Below, piece after piece: positions 19,613 through 29,643 of a stretch of DNA of 64,000 nt. Location: contig JACKOX010000005.1 in assembly GCA_024233975.1 (NCBI GenBank), positions 28,716 to 92,715 on the forward strand, in the 5' to 3' direction. The stretch's first letter is position 1; each line of letters starts with the position of its first letter. The notes under the pieces are model-generated. The model searched no databases. It was not told where the DNA came from and worked only from the letters and a program-made list of their open reading frames with translations. The DNA is from Rhodanobacteraceae bacterium (GTDB lineage Bacteria > Pseudomonadota > Gammaproteobacteria > Xanthomonadales > Xanthomonadaceae). A program made the translations under genes and the position numbers.

Positions 19613-21883
19613 ATGAGCACTGCCGCCATTCCCGCCTGGAAAAAACAGTTCAACCGCGCCGACGTGGTGGACCGCAACTTCACCGAAACCGTGCAGGCCT
19701 GGCGCGGCGAGGTGATGCCGAAACCGGCGCCGCAGGAAGCCATCCTGCCGGGCAGCAGCCTGTCCGCGGCCGACTTCGACCAGCTGCTGGAATCACAGAT
19801 GATCAGCCGCCAGCTGGACCTGATGGCGCGCGTGCTGCGCGTGCAGAACAAGGTGTTCTACACCATCGGTTCCAGCGGTCATGAAGGCAACGTGCTGACC
19901 GGTCGACTGACCCGGCACACCGATCCGGCTTTCCTGCACTACCGCAGCGGCGGTTTCATGGCGGAGCGTTTCCGCAAGCTGCCTGGAATGGATCCGGTGA
20001 TGGATTCGGCGCTGAGTTTTGCTGCCAGCAAGGACGACCCGATTTCCGGTGGCCGCCACAAGGTCTGGGGGAGCCGCCCGCTGTGGGTGCTGCCGCAGAC
20101 CTCGACCATTGCCTCGCACCTGCCGAAGGCGTTGGGCACGGCGCTGGCCATCGAGCAGGCGCGGCGCATCCGCCACCAGTTGCCGGTTCCCGATGACAGC
20201 ATCGTGGTCTGCAGCTTCGGTGACGCGTCCGCCAACCACGCCACGGCGCAGTGCGCCTTCAACACCGCGCAGTGGACCGCCTACCAGGGCCTGCCGGCGC
20301 CGGTGCTGTTCGTCTGCGAGGACAACGGCATCGGTATTTCGGTCAAGACGCCGGGCGGCTGGATCGGCGAGAACTTCAGTCGTCGACGTGACCTCGACTA
20401 TTTCTACGCCGACGGTCTCGATCTGGCCGAAGGGCATGCGCAGGTCGCCCGCGCTGTCGAGCACTGCCGCAATACGCGCCGTCCGACTTTCCTGCATCTG
20501 CGCACCACGCGTGTGATGGGCCACGCCGGCACCGACTTCGAGATCGAGTGGCGCAGCATCGAGGAAATCTGCTCGGTCGAGTCCACCGATCCGCTGCTTC
20601 GTTCGGCTTGCATCGCGCTGGAATCCGGCTGGCTGACCGCCGATGAGCTGCTGGCCCGCTACGAGGCCATCCGCCAGCGCTGTTTTGCCGCCGCCGAATC
20701 CGCGGATGCGCGTCCCAAGCTGGACCGCTTCGAGGATGTGATCGCGCCGCTGGCGCCGTACACGCCGGACAAGGTGAAGGCTGAGGCCGAGCGCGCCGAT
20801 TTCGACACCCAGCGGGTCTCTGCTTTCGGCGGCGCCGACAAGCTGCCGGAAAAGCAGGCACCGCGGCATCTGGCGATCCAGATAAACAACGCGCTGCACG
20901 ACCTGTTCTGCAAGTACCCGGAAGCGCTGCTGTTCGGCGAGGACGTGGCGCAGAAGGGCGGCGTCTACACCGTCACCAAGGGCCTGCAGAAGGCGTTCAA
21001 GGGCGCTCGGGTGTTCAATACGCTGCTGGACGAAACGACGATCCTGGGATTGGCACAGGGTTTCGCCAACATGGGCATGCTGCCAATGCCGGAGATCCAG
21101 TACCTGGCCTATTTTCACAACGCCTGCGACCAGATCCGCGGCGAAGCCTGCTCGCTGCAGTTCTTCAGCAACGACCAGTACCGCAACCCGATGGTGATGC
21201 GCATTGCCTCGCTGGGTTACCAGCGCGGCTTCGGTGGGCATTTCCACAACGACAATTCGATTGCCGCACTGCGCGACATTCCGGGGCTGGTGGTCGGCTG
21301 TCCCTCGCGCGGCGACGACGCGGCCACCATGCTGCGCACGATGATGGCGCTGGCCAAGGTGGATGGGCGCGTCTGCGCCTTCCTGGAGCCGATCGCGCTG
21401 TACATGACCAAGGACCTTCACGAGCCCGGCGATGGCGGCTGGTTGACCGAATACCCGAGCCCGGACCAGGCCATGCCGCTGGGAGAAGGTCGTGTCTACG
21501 GGGCCGAGAAGGGCGATGGCAGTGATCTGGTGATCTTCAGCTTCGGCAACGGCGTGCCGATGAGCCTGCGTGCCGCGAAGTCCATTGCCGAGCAGCGTGG
21601 CTGGTCGGTACGGGTGGTTGACCTGCGCTGGTTGCAGCCGCTGAACGAGAATTTCATTGCCGGGCAGGCAGCAGCGTGCAAGCGCATTCTGGTGGTGGAC
21701 GAAGGCCGCCGCAGCGCCGGCGTGGGCGAGGGCATCATCACCGCCATCGTCGAAGCCGGGCAGGGCGGCAAGCCGCTGAAGCGCGTGGTAGGCGCCGATA
21801 CGTACACGCCGCTGGCGGGGGCTGCCTTCCTCGTGCTGCCGTCGGATGCCGACATCGTCAGCGCTGCGCTGTCGATGGATTGA
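19613..21883 (+). CDS. Thiamine-diphosphate-dependent 2-oxoacid dehydrogenase E1 component, fused alpha-beta
   Basis: 756 aa. The N-terminal half is E1-alpha-like (SFGDASANHA, VCEDNGIGIS). The C-terminal half is E1-beta/transketolase-like (VFNTLLDETTILGLAQGFA, RVVDLRWLQPL). Confidence 0.8.
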   Translation: MSTAAIPAWKKQFNRADVVDRNFTETVQAWRGEVMPKPAPQEAILPGSSLSAADFDQLLESQMISRQLDLMARVLRVQNKVFYTIGSSGHEGNVLTGRLTRHTDPAFLHYRSGGFMAERFRKLPGMDPVMDSALSFAASKDDPISGGRHKVWGSRPLWVLPQTSTIASHLPKALGTALAIEQARRIRHQLPVPDDSIVVCSFGDASANHATAQCAFNTAQWTAYQGLPAPVLFVCEDNGIGISVKTPGGWIGENFSRRRDLDYFYADGLDLAEGHAQVARAVEHCRNTRRPTFLHLRTTRVMGHAGTDFEIEWRSIEEICSVESTDPLLRSACIALESGWLTADELLARYEAIRQRCFAAAESADARPKLDRFEDVIAPLAPYTPDKVKAEAERADFDTQRVSAFGGADKLPEKQAPRHLAIQINNALHDLFCKYPEALLFGEDVAQKGGVYTVTKGLQKAFKGARVFNTLLDETTILGLAQGFANMGMLPMPEIQYLAYFHNACDQIRGEACSLQFFSNDQYRNPMVMRIASLGYQRGFGGHFHNDNSIAALRDIPGLVVGCPSRGDDAATMLRTMMALAKVDGRVCAFLEPIALYMTKDLHEPGDGGWLTEYPSPDQAMPLGEGRVYGAEKGDGSDLVIFSFGNGVPMSLRAAKSIAEQRGWSVRVVDLRWLQPLNENFIAGQAAACKRILVVDEGRRSAGVGEGIITAIVEAGQGGKPLKRVVGADTYTPLAGAAFLVLPSDADIVSAALSMD

Positions 21884-21942
21884 GGGCCTGACAGCGGCAG
21901 CCCCGTGACGTCAGCCATGCGATTGCCTATCATCTGGCCGTC

Positions 21943-22854
21943 ATGACGAAATCCACGCCGCTCACCATCCTGTTCGCCGACGTCAGCGGCAGCACGCGGC
22001 TGTTCGAGCAGCGGGGCGACGTCGAGGCCCGTGCGATCATTGCTGCCGTGTTGGGCGCCCTGTCCGAGGTGGTTTCCAGCCATGGCGGCGGGGTGGTGAA
22101 AACCATCGGCGACGAGATCATGTGCACCTTCCCGGGCGCCATGCAGGGCGTGCTGGCCGGCTGCGACATGCAGCGCCGCGTGGCGCACGATCCACAGTTC
22201 GTCCGCGACAACATCGCCATCCGCATTGGCCTGCACCACGGTGACGCGCTGGTCGAGGACGGCGATGTCTATGGCGACGCGGTGAACACGGCGGCGCGCA
22301 TGGCCTCGCTGGCCAAGCGCGAGCAGATCGTCACCACGGCCGCCTCGGTGAAGAACCTGACGGCGGCTGGGAGCCTGAACGTGCGCAGCCTCGGCAAGGC
22401 GCGCGTGGCCGGCAAGCTGTTGCCGATCGAGATCGTCGACGTGCTGTGGCAGGAGGACACCTCCAATGTCACCACCGTGCAGCGGGCGATCCGCGTCGAG
22501 GAGGCGGTCGGTCGTCCGCGGCTGACGCTGCGCTTCCGCGGGCAGGTCATCGAACTGGATGACCAGAGCCAGCCGTTCTCGCTGGGTCGCGAAGACAGCA
22601 ACACGCTGACGGTGGAAGCCGAGTGGGTGAGCCGCAACCATGCGCTGATCGAATACAAGCGCGGCCATTTCATGCTGTCCGACCGTTCCACCAATGGCAC
22701 CTACGTGAAACTGGGCGACGACGACGAGTTGCGCCTGCATCGCGACGAGGTGCATCTGCGCAAGAGCGGGACGATCAGCCTCGGCCAGGCCGTCGCCCTG
22801 AACGAGCGCGATGTCCTGTACTTCCAGTGCAGTGAAATGCCGTCGGCAAGCTGA
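21943..22854 (+). CDS. Class III adenylate/guanylate cyclase domain fused to a C-terminal FHA domain
   Basis: ILFADVSGSTRLFE and KTIGDEIMCTF carry the metal-binding Asp pair. The C-terminal segment FSLGREDSNTLTV...VSRNHALIEY...SDRSTNGTYV is FHA-like. Confidence 0.8.
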   Translation: MTKSTPLTILFADVSGSTRLFEQRGDVEARAIIAAVLGALSEVVSSHGGGVVKTIGDEIMCTFPGAMQGVLAGCDMQRRVAHDPQFVRDNIAIRIGLHHGDALVEDGDVYGDAVNTAARMASLAKREQIVTTAASVKNLTAAGSLNVRSLGKARVAGKLLPIEIVDVLWQEDTSNVTTVQRAIRVEEAVGRPRLTLRFRGQVIELDDQSQPFSLGREDSNTLTVEAEWVSRNHALIEYKRGHFMLSDRSTNGTYVKLGDDDELRLHRDEVHLRKSGTISLGQAVALNERDVLYFQCSEMPSAS

Positions 22855-22891
22855 CTTCGCCGGATCTTCCACTGATTGAACCATGTAAAGA

Positions 22892-22914
22892 GGGCCGCGA
22901 TGCGGCCCTTTTCG
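22892..22914. terminator. Bidirectional-looking terminator between convergent genes
   Basis: gggccgc-gat-gcggccc followed by ttttcg. Preceded by aaag on the other strand. Confidence 0.6.
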
Positions 22915-22939
22915 TTGCTGCTGATCGCTGTCGAGACGA

Positions 22940-23806
22940 TCAGCCGCCGGGAGGCGGCTTGTAGCCGAAGGTGCCCTTGAGGATGTCCTCGCTGCCCGTG
23001 TAATCGCTGGCAGCTGCGGGTACAAAGCGGCTGGCGCCGATCTCGACCAGTACTTCGTACAGGCTTTCGTCCTCGTGCAGAGCGAGCAGGGCGTCGCGGA
23101 CGGCGCTCTGTACTTCTTCCGGCACGGTGCTGGCGGCCGAGACGGTGATGCCCGGATAGTCCTTCGAGGCAGCGACCTCAACCAGGTTCGGGTAGGTGTC
23201 GGCGATGTGCTTGGGCACCATGGCCGCCTCGCCCTCACCGGCGAAGACGATCTCCACCGCCTCGCGCCAGGACGTGGCTTCGGACTTCACTTCCGGCTGC
23301 GCCAGTGGATTGGTGTACATGCCGGTCAGCAGCGCAATGCCCATGCTTGGTGACGGCAGGCAGACCACGCGGTAGCCAACCAGCCCTTCCGCACCGTTAT
23401 TCGCGTAGTCGGGCTGCGCGATCAGCCGGTAGCTGGTCGGCTCTGCCACACGGGCCAGCGGGACGAACTGCTGGCGCAACATGCGGTATTCGACGAACGG
23501 CGCGTCCTCCATGGTGAAGTCGACCGGTGTCGCGTTGCGCAGTTCGCGCCAGTAGAAGTGGTAGTTGCGGGCCGTCACCAGCACGAAGTGGTGCCCGGTT
23601 GCCTTGTCGAGATAGTCGAGCAGTGGCTTGTAGATATGTTCGACCTGGTCGGGCGGATAATTCGGCTCGATGGTAATGCTGTATTCGTCGGCCCGCGCCG
23701 TCGAGCTGGAAAGGCCACCGACCAGTGCGGTCAGCAGGATGGCCAGTCCGGCGGGGCCGAAAATCCGGCTGCCGAAGAGTTGGGCTCGTTGCGTTGCTGT
23801 GTTCAT
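22940..23806 (-). CDS. PhnD-like periplasmic substrate-binding protein (phosphonate/phosphate ABC-type SBP fold), orphan
   Basis: ATG 23806 with GGAGG RBS. Signal peptide. YSITIEPNYPPDQVEHIYKPLLDYL is typical of PhnD-family SBPs. No permease or ATPase genes nearby. Confidence 0.65.
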   Translation of the reverse strand: MNTATQRAQLFGSRIFGPAGLAILLTALVGGLSSSTARADEYSITIEPNYPPDQVEHIYKPLLDYLDKATGHHFVLVTARNYHFYWRELRNATPVDFTMEDAPFVEYRMLRQQFVPLARVAEPTSYRLIAQPDYANNGAEGLVGYRVVCLPSPSMGIALLTGMYTNPLAQPEVKSEATSWREAVEIVFAGEGEAAMVPKHIADTYPNLVEVAASKDYPGITVSAASTVPEEVQSAVRDALLALHEDESLYEVLVEIGASRFVPAAASDYTGSEDILKGTFGYKPPPGG

Positions 23807-23948
23807 ACGGCCTCCATCCCCATGTTTGTGTCCGGTGATAGCACGAATGCCGGTTTTTCGCCACGTTTGCCGTGTTCGGTTGCGCAGTTTTTGCCAGTTC
23901 TGCGCATCGCCGGACGACCTGTGGCACGCGGACGTCGATGGGCGGTGC

Positions 23949-24863
23949 TCAGGTCGGCAGGAGATCCAGCAGCGGGAGCCGCTCAAGCTGTTGATCCCTG
24001 AAGTATGCAGGGGCGCTTTCATCGAGGATGGCGAGGGCTTCGCTGTGGCCATCGCATTCCACGACGTTCAACAAGGTCGATAACGGTTCGCCGTTCTCGT
24101 TGCTGATGGCGACGCCGGGTTTCACGTCGGTCCCCGCAGGCATCCGGAAGCGCTGCAGGCGGCGCTTGGCCTTGCCCAGGTAGTGCGTGCGCGACACCAC
24201 TTCCTGTCCGGGATAGCAGCCCTTCTTGACGCTGTAGGCGCGCAGGCGGTCAAGCGCCAGCATCTGCGGAGTGAATTGCTCGCGCTGCTGCTCGTCGAGA
24301 CGGGGAAGGCCGGCGCGAAGGTCGGCCAGCAGCCAGCGCGACCAGGATTCCATATCGGTCATTACCGCATCGGCACCTGGCGGCAGTAGCAGTAGCTGAC
24401 GCCAGCTGATCCGGCTGTCATCGAGCGGACCCAAAGGCAGTGTCAGTGCGCCATCGCTGCCTTCGCGGATCGCGCATTCCGTCACTTCGCAGGTGACAGT
24501 GATCCGGCCGGCAGCCTGCCAGTCGGGCAGCGGCGCCAATACCACCTTGCTGCGGAAGACATAGCGGCGCAGGCCATCGGCAAGCTCCTCGGCAGGCATG
24601 TCCGGCAGCAGCAGCCACAGCGATTCCGCGTCGCGGCGCAGCGCAATGCAGAGCGCAATCACGCGACCCTTGGGGTTGAGCCAGCCGTTCCACTGCCATT
24701 GCCCATCCGCCAGTCGCGTGAGGTCATTCATCAGCTGCGCCTGGGCGAAAGCCAGTGCATCGGTGCCTGTCAGCGACAGAATCGACCAGCCGGGAAGGGC
24801 GAAAACGGGGGCAATCCCGTCGTTCTGTCGTGCGCCTTCAGGGGATTCCAACTTGCCGATCAT
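23949..24863 (-). CDS. ygfZ: Folate-binding Fe-S cluster/tRNA-modification protein YgfZ
   Basis: 305 aa from ATG 24863. GcvT-like fold. Signature KGCYPGQEVVSRTHYLGKAKRR. Confidence 0.8.
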   Translation of the reverse strand: MIGKLESPEGARQNDGIAPVFALPGWSILSLTGTDALAFAQAQLMNDLTRLADGQWQWNGWLNPKGRVIALCIALRRDAESLWLLLPDMPAEELADGLRRYVFRSKVVLAPLPDWQAAGRITVTCEVTECAIREGSDGALTLPLGPLDDSRISWRQLLLLPPGADAVMTDMESWSRWLLADLRAGLPRLDEQQREQFTPQMLALDRLRAYSVKKGCYPGQEVVSRTHYLGKAKRRLQRFRMPAGTDVKPGVAISNENGEPLSTLLNVVECDGHSEALAILDESAPAYFRDQQLERLPLLDLLPT

Positions 24864-24905
24864 GGGGGTGCGTATTAACCTTTCCGCTTCGATTGAACCC
24901 CACAG

Positions 24906-25082
24906 ATGATAGGCCAGAGCTTGACCGCGAAGCAGCAGGACGCCGAAACGCAGGCCAACGACGAGACGTCGCCGGCCCCGGAAAAGCCTCCCACGCCCAA
25001 GGTCGAGCACGGTGGTCGTGACGGTCCGGAACCCACCCGCTTCGGCGACTGGGAGAAGAACGGTCGCTGCATCGACTTCTAG
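24906..25082 (+). CDS. DUF1674 small protein (SDHAF4-like succinate dehydrogenase assembly factor candidate)
   Basis: 58 codons, below the ORF-track cut-off. C-terminus GGRDGPEPTRFGDWEKNGRCIDF matches the DUF1674/SDHAF4 hallmark. Lies directly upstream of sdhC. Confidence 0.7.
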   Translation: MIGQSLTAKQQDAETQANDETSPAPEKPPTPKVEHGGRDGPEPTRFGDWEKNGRCIDF

Positions 25083-25152
25083 CATCTGCGGCGCGCGTTT
25101 CGCGTCATTCGTTCCACCAGCCCAATCCGTCCACCCTTGACCGGAAGTCGCC

Positions 25153-25557
25153 ATGGCGTCGCCACAACGACCGCTTTCCCCCTTCATGCTGGGTTCGTAC
25201 TACCGCTTCCAGCTGACCTCGGTAACCTCGCTGATCCATCGCGCCACCGGCGTGGTGCTGGCGCTGGCCGTCTTCGGACTGGCCTGGTGGCTGCATGCGC
25301 TGGCTGCCGGTCCCGATGCGCTGCAGCGCTTCAATGACTGCGCGGGTAGCGGCCTTGGTCACCTCGCCGTTGCTGGTGTGGTGTTCAGCGTCTGCTACCA
25401 CTTTTTCAACGGCCTGCGTCACCTGCTCTGGGATACCGGCTGGGGACTGGAGCTGAAGCAGGCCTATGCGACGGGCTGGGCGGTGATCGTGCTGTCTCTG
25501 CTGAGCGCACTGGCCATCTGCGGCGCCGCTTTCGGATGGCTGGGAGGTGTGGCATGA
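25153..25557 (+). CDS. sdhC: Succinate dehydrogenase cytochrome b556 subunit
   Basis: 134 aa. RPLSPFM...YRFQLTSVTSLIHRATG motif. Three TM helices. First gene of the sdhCDAB order. Confidence 0.85.
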   Translation: MASPQRPLSPFMLGSYYRFQLTSVTSLIHRATGVVLALAVFGLAWWLHALAAGPDALQRFNDCAGSGLGHLAVAGVVFSVCYHFFNGLRHLLWDTGWGLELKQAYATGWAVIVLSLLSALAICGAAFGWLGGVA

Positions 25558-25931
25558 GCCTGAAGACTCCGCTGGCCCGCGTGCGTGGCCTGGGTTCGGC
25601 CAAGAATGGCAGCTCGCACTGGTGGGTGCAGCGCCTGACTGCACTGCTGCTGCTCGTCACCCTGCCGTGGTTGGTATGGCTGCTGTTGTCGACTGCCGGT
25701 GCCGACTTCGTCACCCTGCGTCTGACCGTCGCGCAGCCATTCAACGCGATGATGATGACCCTGCTGGTCATCGGCGCCTTCTGGCACGCGCAGCTCGGCC
25801 TGCAGGTGGTGATCGAGGACTACATCCACGGTGGCCTCGAGATCGCGCTGCAGATCCTGGTCAAGTTCGCCTGCCTCGCGGCGGGCATCGCGTCGGTGAT
25901 CGCCATCGGCCGCATCGCCTTTGGCACCTGA
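25554..25931 (+). CDS. sdhD: Succinate dehydrogenase hydrophobic membrane anchor subunit
   Basis: The ATG overlaps the sdhC stop (ATGA). [13 protein letters not shown] and [15 protein letters not shown] motifs. Confidence 0.85.
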   Translation: MSLKTPLARVRGLGSAKNGSSHWWVQRLTALLLLVTLPWLVWLLLSTAGADFVTLRLTVAQPFNAMMMTLLVIGAFWHAQLGLQVVIEDYIHGGLEIALQILVKFACLAAGIASVIAIGRIAFGT

Positions 25932-25953
25932 GAATTCGAGGCACGGACAGCTA

Positions 25954-27741
25954 ATGCAAAGCTACAAGATCACCGAACATTTCTACGACATGGTCGTCGT
26001 CGGCGCCGGCGGTGCTGGCCTGCGCGCCACGTTTGGTCTCGCCTCGAAGGGTCTCAACACCGCCTGCATCACCAAGGTGTTCCCGACGCGCTCCCATACC
26101 GTTGCGGCGCAGGGCGGCATTTCCGCCGCGCTTGGCAACATGGGCGAGGACGACTGGCGTTTCCACTTCTACGACACCATCAAGGGTTCGGACTGGCTGG
26201 GTGACCAGGACGCGATCGAATACATGTGCAAGGAAGCGCCGGCTGCGGTGATCGAGCTGGAGCATTACGGCGTGCCGTTCTCGCGCACCGACGAAGGCAA
26301 GATCTACCAGCGTCCCTTCGGCGGCATGACCACGCACTATGGCCAGGGCACGGCGCAGCGTACTTGTGCTGCGGCTGATCGCACCGGTCACGCCATGCTG
26401 CACACGCTGTACCAGCAGTCGCTGAAGCACGACGCGCGCTTCTACATCGAATACTTCGCCACCGACCTGATCATGGACGAGGAGGGCGTGTGTCGCGGCG
26501 TGATGGCGCTGGACATGAACGAGGGCGAGCTGCACATCTTCCGCGCCCAGGGCGTGGTGCTGGCCACCGGTGGCTACGGTCGCGCCTACTTCAGCTGCAC
26601 CTCGGCACACACCTGCACCGGTGACGGTGGTGGCATGGTACTGCGCGCCGGCTTGCCGCTGCAGGACCTGGAGTTCGTGCAGTTCCACCCGACCGGTATC
26701 TACGGCGCTGGCTGCCTGATCACGGAAGGCGTGCGCGGCGAGGGTGGTTACCTCACCAATTCCAAGGGCGAGCGCTTCATGGAGCGCTACGCGCCGAACG
26801 CCAAGGACCTGGCCTCGCGTGACGTCGTCAGCCGCGCCGAGACCATCGAGATTCGCGAAGGCCGAGGCGTCGGCGAGCATGGCGACCACTGCCACCTGAA
26901 CCTGATGCACTTGGGCCCCGAGGTCATCCACGAGCGCCTGCCGGGCATCGCCGAGACGGCTAAGATCTTCGCCGGCGTCGATGTCACCAAGGAGCCGATC
27001 CCGGTGCTGCCGACCGTGCACTACAACATGGGCGGCATCCCGACCAACTACCACGGCGAGGTGCTCACCATCCGGGACGGCAACCCGAACTCCGTGGTGC
27101 CGGGCCTTTACGCCATTGGCGAGGCGGCCTGCGTGTCGGTGCATGGCGCCAATCGCCTGGGTTCGAACTCGCTGCTGGATCTGGTGGTGTTCGGGCGTGC
27201 CGTGGCCGACCGCTGCGCCGAGACGATCAAGCCGGGTGCTTCGCAGAAGAAGATGGCAGCGTCCGCCTACGACGGCGCGCTGGGTCGATTCGACGGCCTG
27301 CGCAACGCCAATGGCGGCACGCCAACGGCCGAGATCCGCAACCAGATGCAGCGTGTGATGCAGAACCACGCCGCCGTGTTCCGCACCGGCGAGACGCTGG
27401 AAGAGGGCGTCAAGCTGATCGCCGAAACCTACGACAGCTTCGCGGACGTCAAGGTGTCGGACCGTTCGCTGGTCTGGAACTCGGACCTCATTGAGACCTT
27501 CGAACTGCAGAACCTGCTGGGTCAGGCCGTGGGCACCATGGCCGGCGCCGCCAACCGCAAGGAATCGCGCGGTGCCCACGCCCGCGAGGACTACAGCGAC
27601 CGCGACGACGAGAACTGGATGAAGCACAGCCTGATCTTTGTGGACGACAAGGGTGCGCCGCGCATCGACTATCGTCCGGTGCACATGACCACGCTGACCA
27701 GCGAGGTCGAACCAGTGCCGCCGAAGGCGCGCGTTTACTGA
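25954..27741 (+). CDS. sdhA: Succinate dehydrogenase flavoprotein subunit
   Basis: FAD motif [12 protein letters not shown]. Covalent-FAD His context [14 protein letters not shown] and RLGSNSLLD motifs. Confidence 0.95.
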   Translation: MQSYKITEHFYDMVVVGAGGAGLRATFGLASKGLNTACITKVFPTRSHTVAAQGGISAALGNMGEDDWRFHFYDTIKGSDWLGDQDAIEYMCKEAPAAVIELEHYGVPFSRTDEGKIYQRPFGGMTTHYGQGTAQRTCAAADRTGHAMLHTLYQQSLKHDARFYIEYFATDLIMDEEGVCRGVMALDMNEGELHIFRAQGVVLATGGYGRAYFSCTSAHTCTGDGGGMVLRAGLPLQDLEFVQFHPTGIYGAGCLITEGVRGEGGYLTNSKGERFMERYAPNAKDLASRDVVSRAETIEIREGRGVGEHGDHCHLNLMHLGPEVIHERLPGIAETAKIFAGVDVTKEPIPVLPTVHYNMGGIPTNYHGEVLTIRDGNPNSVVPGLYAIGEAACVSVHGANRLGSNSLLDLVVFGRAVADRCAETIKPGASQKKMAASAYDGALGRFDGLRNANGGTPTAEIRNQMQRVMQNHAAVFRTGETLEEGVKLIAETYDSFADVKVSDRSLVWNSDLIETFELQNLLGQAVGTMAGAANRKESRGAHAREDYSDRDDENWMKHSLIFVDDKGAPRIDYRPVHMTTLTSEVEPVPPKARVY

Positions 27742-27754
27742 TATCGAACGACCA

Positions 27755-28138
27755 GTGAACGGCAACCCTCACTACTACAGTGGCGGCGTCATTGCCTGGC
27801 AGTGGCGCTACTACGCGGCCTGGCACCAGGATCGCCTGAACCTGTTGCTGCACATGGCCACCGTGCCGCTGTTTGCGGCAGGCGTGCTGGCGGCGGCGCG
27901 GCAGGCCTTTTTCGGTGAATGGTTTGGCGCATCGATTGCCGCCGCGCTGGCGCTGGTTGCATTGGGCATTCAGTGGCTGGGTCACCTTCGCGAACCCGCC
28001 AGGGCCCCGGACGCCGGCAACCCCATTGACTGGCTTCGCCGCGTGCTGGCGGAACAGTTCATCACCTTCCCCCGTTTTGTCCTGAGCGGTGGCTGGCTGC
28101 ACCAGATGGTGTCGCAGCCCCGCATTGATCCGAGGTAA
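27755..28138 (+). CDS. Small membrane protein inserted between sdhA and sdhB (possibly DUF962/Mpo1-like)
   Basis: GTG start 13 nt after sdhA; ends 4 nt before sdhB. H-x4-N-x3-H pattern ([16 protein letters not shown]) and GHLRE. The family call is tentative. Confidence 0.5.
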   Translation: MNGNPHYYSGGVIAWQWRYYAAWHQDRLNLLLHMATVPLFAAGVLAAARQAFFGEWFGASIAAALALVALGIQWLGHLREPARAPDAGNPIDWLRRVLAEQFITFPRFVLSGGWLHQMVSQPRIDPR

Positions 28139-28142
28139 TCCG

Positions 28143-28931
28143 ATGGCCGAGTTCACCCTCCCGAAGAACTCCAAGGTGCAGAAGGGCCGCCACTTCCCGG
28201 CGCCCGAAGGCGCCAAGCGCGTGCGCACCTTCAAGATCTACCGCTGGACGCCGGACGACGGCGAGAACCCGCGCCTCGATACCTACGACGTCGACCTCGA
28301 CCGCTGCGGCCCCATGGTTCTGGACGCACTGATCAAGATCAAGAACGAAGTCGACCCGACGCTGACCTTCCGCCGTTCCTGCCGTGAGGGCATCTGCGGC
28401 AGCTGCGCGATGAACATCGATGGCAGCAACACGCTGGCCTGCACCCGCGCCATCGAGGACTGCGGCAAGAAGGACGTGCCGATCTATCCGCTGCCGCACA
28501 TGCCGGTGGTGAAGGACCTGGTGCCGGATCTGACGCATTTCTATGCGCAGTACGCGTCGATCAAGCCGTGGATCCGCACGCAGAGCGCGCCGCCGCCGGA
28601 TCGCGAGCGCCTGCAGTCGCCGGAGGAGCGCAAGCACCTCGACGGCCTGTACGAGTGCATCCTCTGCGCCTGCTGTTCGACCAGCTGCCCAAGCTACTGG
28701 TGGAACGGTGACCGTTACCTCGGCCCGGCCATCCTGCTGCAGGCCTACCGCTGGATTGCTGACAGCCGTGACGAGGACACCGGTGCGCGCCTGGACGAGC
28801 TGGAAGATCCGTTCCGCCTGTATCGCTGCCACACCATCATGAACTGCACGCGGACCTGCCCGAAGGGCCTGAATCCGGCCAAGGCCATCGCCGAGATCAA
28901 GAAGCTGATGATCCAGCGCCGCGGCGCCTGA
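28143..28931 (+). CDS. sdhB: Succinate dehydrogenase iron-sulfur subunit
   Basis: Three Cys clusters: [27 protein letters not shown] and [14 protein letters not shown]. Confidence 0.95.
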   Translation: MAEFTLPKNSKVQKGRHFPAPEGAKRVRTFKIYRWTPDDGENPRLDTYDVDLDRCGPMVLDALIKIKNEVDPTLTFRRSCREGICGSCAMNIDGSNTLACTRAIEDCGKKDVPIYPLPHMPVVKDLVPDLTHFYAQYASIKPWIRTQSAPPPDRERLQSPEERKHLDGLYECILCACCSTSCPSYWWNGDRYLGPAILLQAYRWIADSRDEDTGARLDELEDPFRLYRCHTIMNCTRTCPKGLNPAKAIAEIKKLMIQRRGA

Positions 28932-28941
28932 GGACAACGAC

Positions 28942-29361
28942 ATGGTCGACACGCGCATCTTCCTGCCGGCGCTGGCGATGGTCGCACTGACCTTCATCGT
29001 TTCGATGCGCATGCTGTTCCTGCGGCTTGGCGAGATGAAGCGCGAGCGCATCCATCCGCAGGCGGTGGCGACGCGCGCGCAGCTGACCGCGAAGGTGCGC
29101 GACAGTCGTGCCGCCGACAACTTCGCCAACCTGTTCGAACTGCCGGTGCTTTTCTACTTGGCGCTGGTTGTCGCCGCGCTGTCCGGGCTGGTGAACGATG
29201 TAACCCTAGGGATCAGCTGGGCCTTCGTCGCTCTTCGCGTCGCCCACAGCAGCATCCAGTGCAGCTACAACCGCGTCATGCACCGTTTCGTCGTGTTCCT
29301 GCTCGGGGTGGCCTGCCTGATGGCACTTTGGGGCTGGCTGGCCTATGGGCTGCTGCATTGA
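28942..29361 (+). CDS. MAPEG-family membrane protein
   Basis: 139 aa with four hydrophobic segments. NFANLFELPVLFY and RVAHS motifs resemble MAPEG proteins. Confidence 0.55.
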   Translation: MVDTRIFLPALAMVALTFIVSMRMLFLRLGEMKRERIHPQAVATRAQLTAKVRDSRAADNFANLFELPVLFYLALVVAALSGLVNDVTLGISWAFVALRVAHSSIQCSYNRVMHRFVVFLLGVACLMALWGWLAYGLLH

Positions 29362-29603
29362 GCAGCGACGCGATCCTGCGCCGCCTGCAATGGCGCTGTC
29401 GTCGAGGCATGAAGGAGCTGGACCAGCTGCTGACCCGCTATTTGGAGCAGCGCTGGGCGTCGGCTGACGCCACCGAACGCCAGCATTTCGAGAACCTGCT
29501 CGCCTGCGAGGATGACCAGCTGTGGCGCTGGTTCCTTGGTCGCGAGGCCGTCACCGACCCGGAGCACCGCGCGATTGTCGACCGCATCCTCCAACTGGCT
29601 TGA
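29358..29603 (+). CDS. sdhE: FAD assembly factor SdhE (SDHAF2/YgfY family)
   Basis: Signature RLQWRCRRGMKELDQLL and EDDQLWRWF. Proposed TTG start at 29358 overlaps the MAPEG stop; the start is uncertain. Confidence 0.7.
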   Translation: MSSDAILRRLQWRCRRGMKELDQLLTRYLEQRWASADATERQHFENLLACEDDQLWRWFLGREAVTDPEHRAIVDRILQLA

Positions 29604-29643
29604 GCTGCCGCTGACGCCGCCGCGCTGGTTGATCCCGACCTTG

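Noticed and set aside
21906-21913. TGACGTCA palindrome (eukaryotic CRE-like) just upstream of the cyclase-FHA gene.
   Set aside because: An 8-bp palindrome is expected by chance. It does not resemble the bacterial CRP consensus TGTGA-N6-TCACA.
25951-27765. 604-aa minus-strand ORF antisense to sdhA. Similar long antisense ORFs occur at 17166-18638, 19793-21421, 33659-35599, 36141-38048, 41787-43628 and 52007-53806.
   Set aside because: Each lies opposite a gene with strong family motifs. Their products are Arg/Ala/His-rich with no motifs. They are high-GC stop-codon-depleted artefacts.
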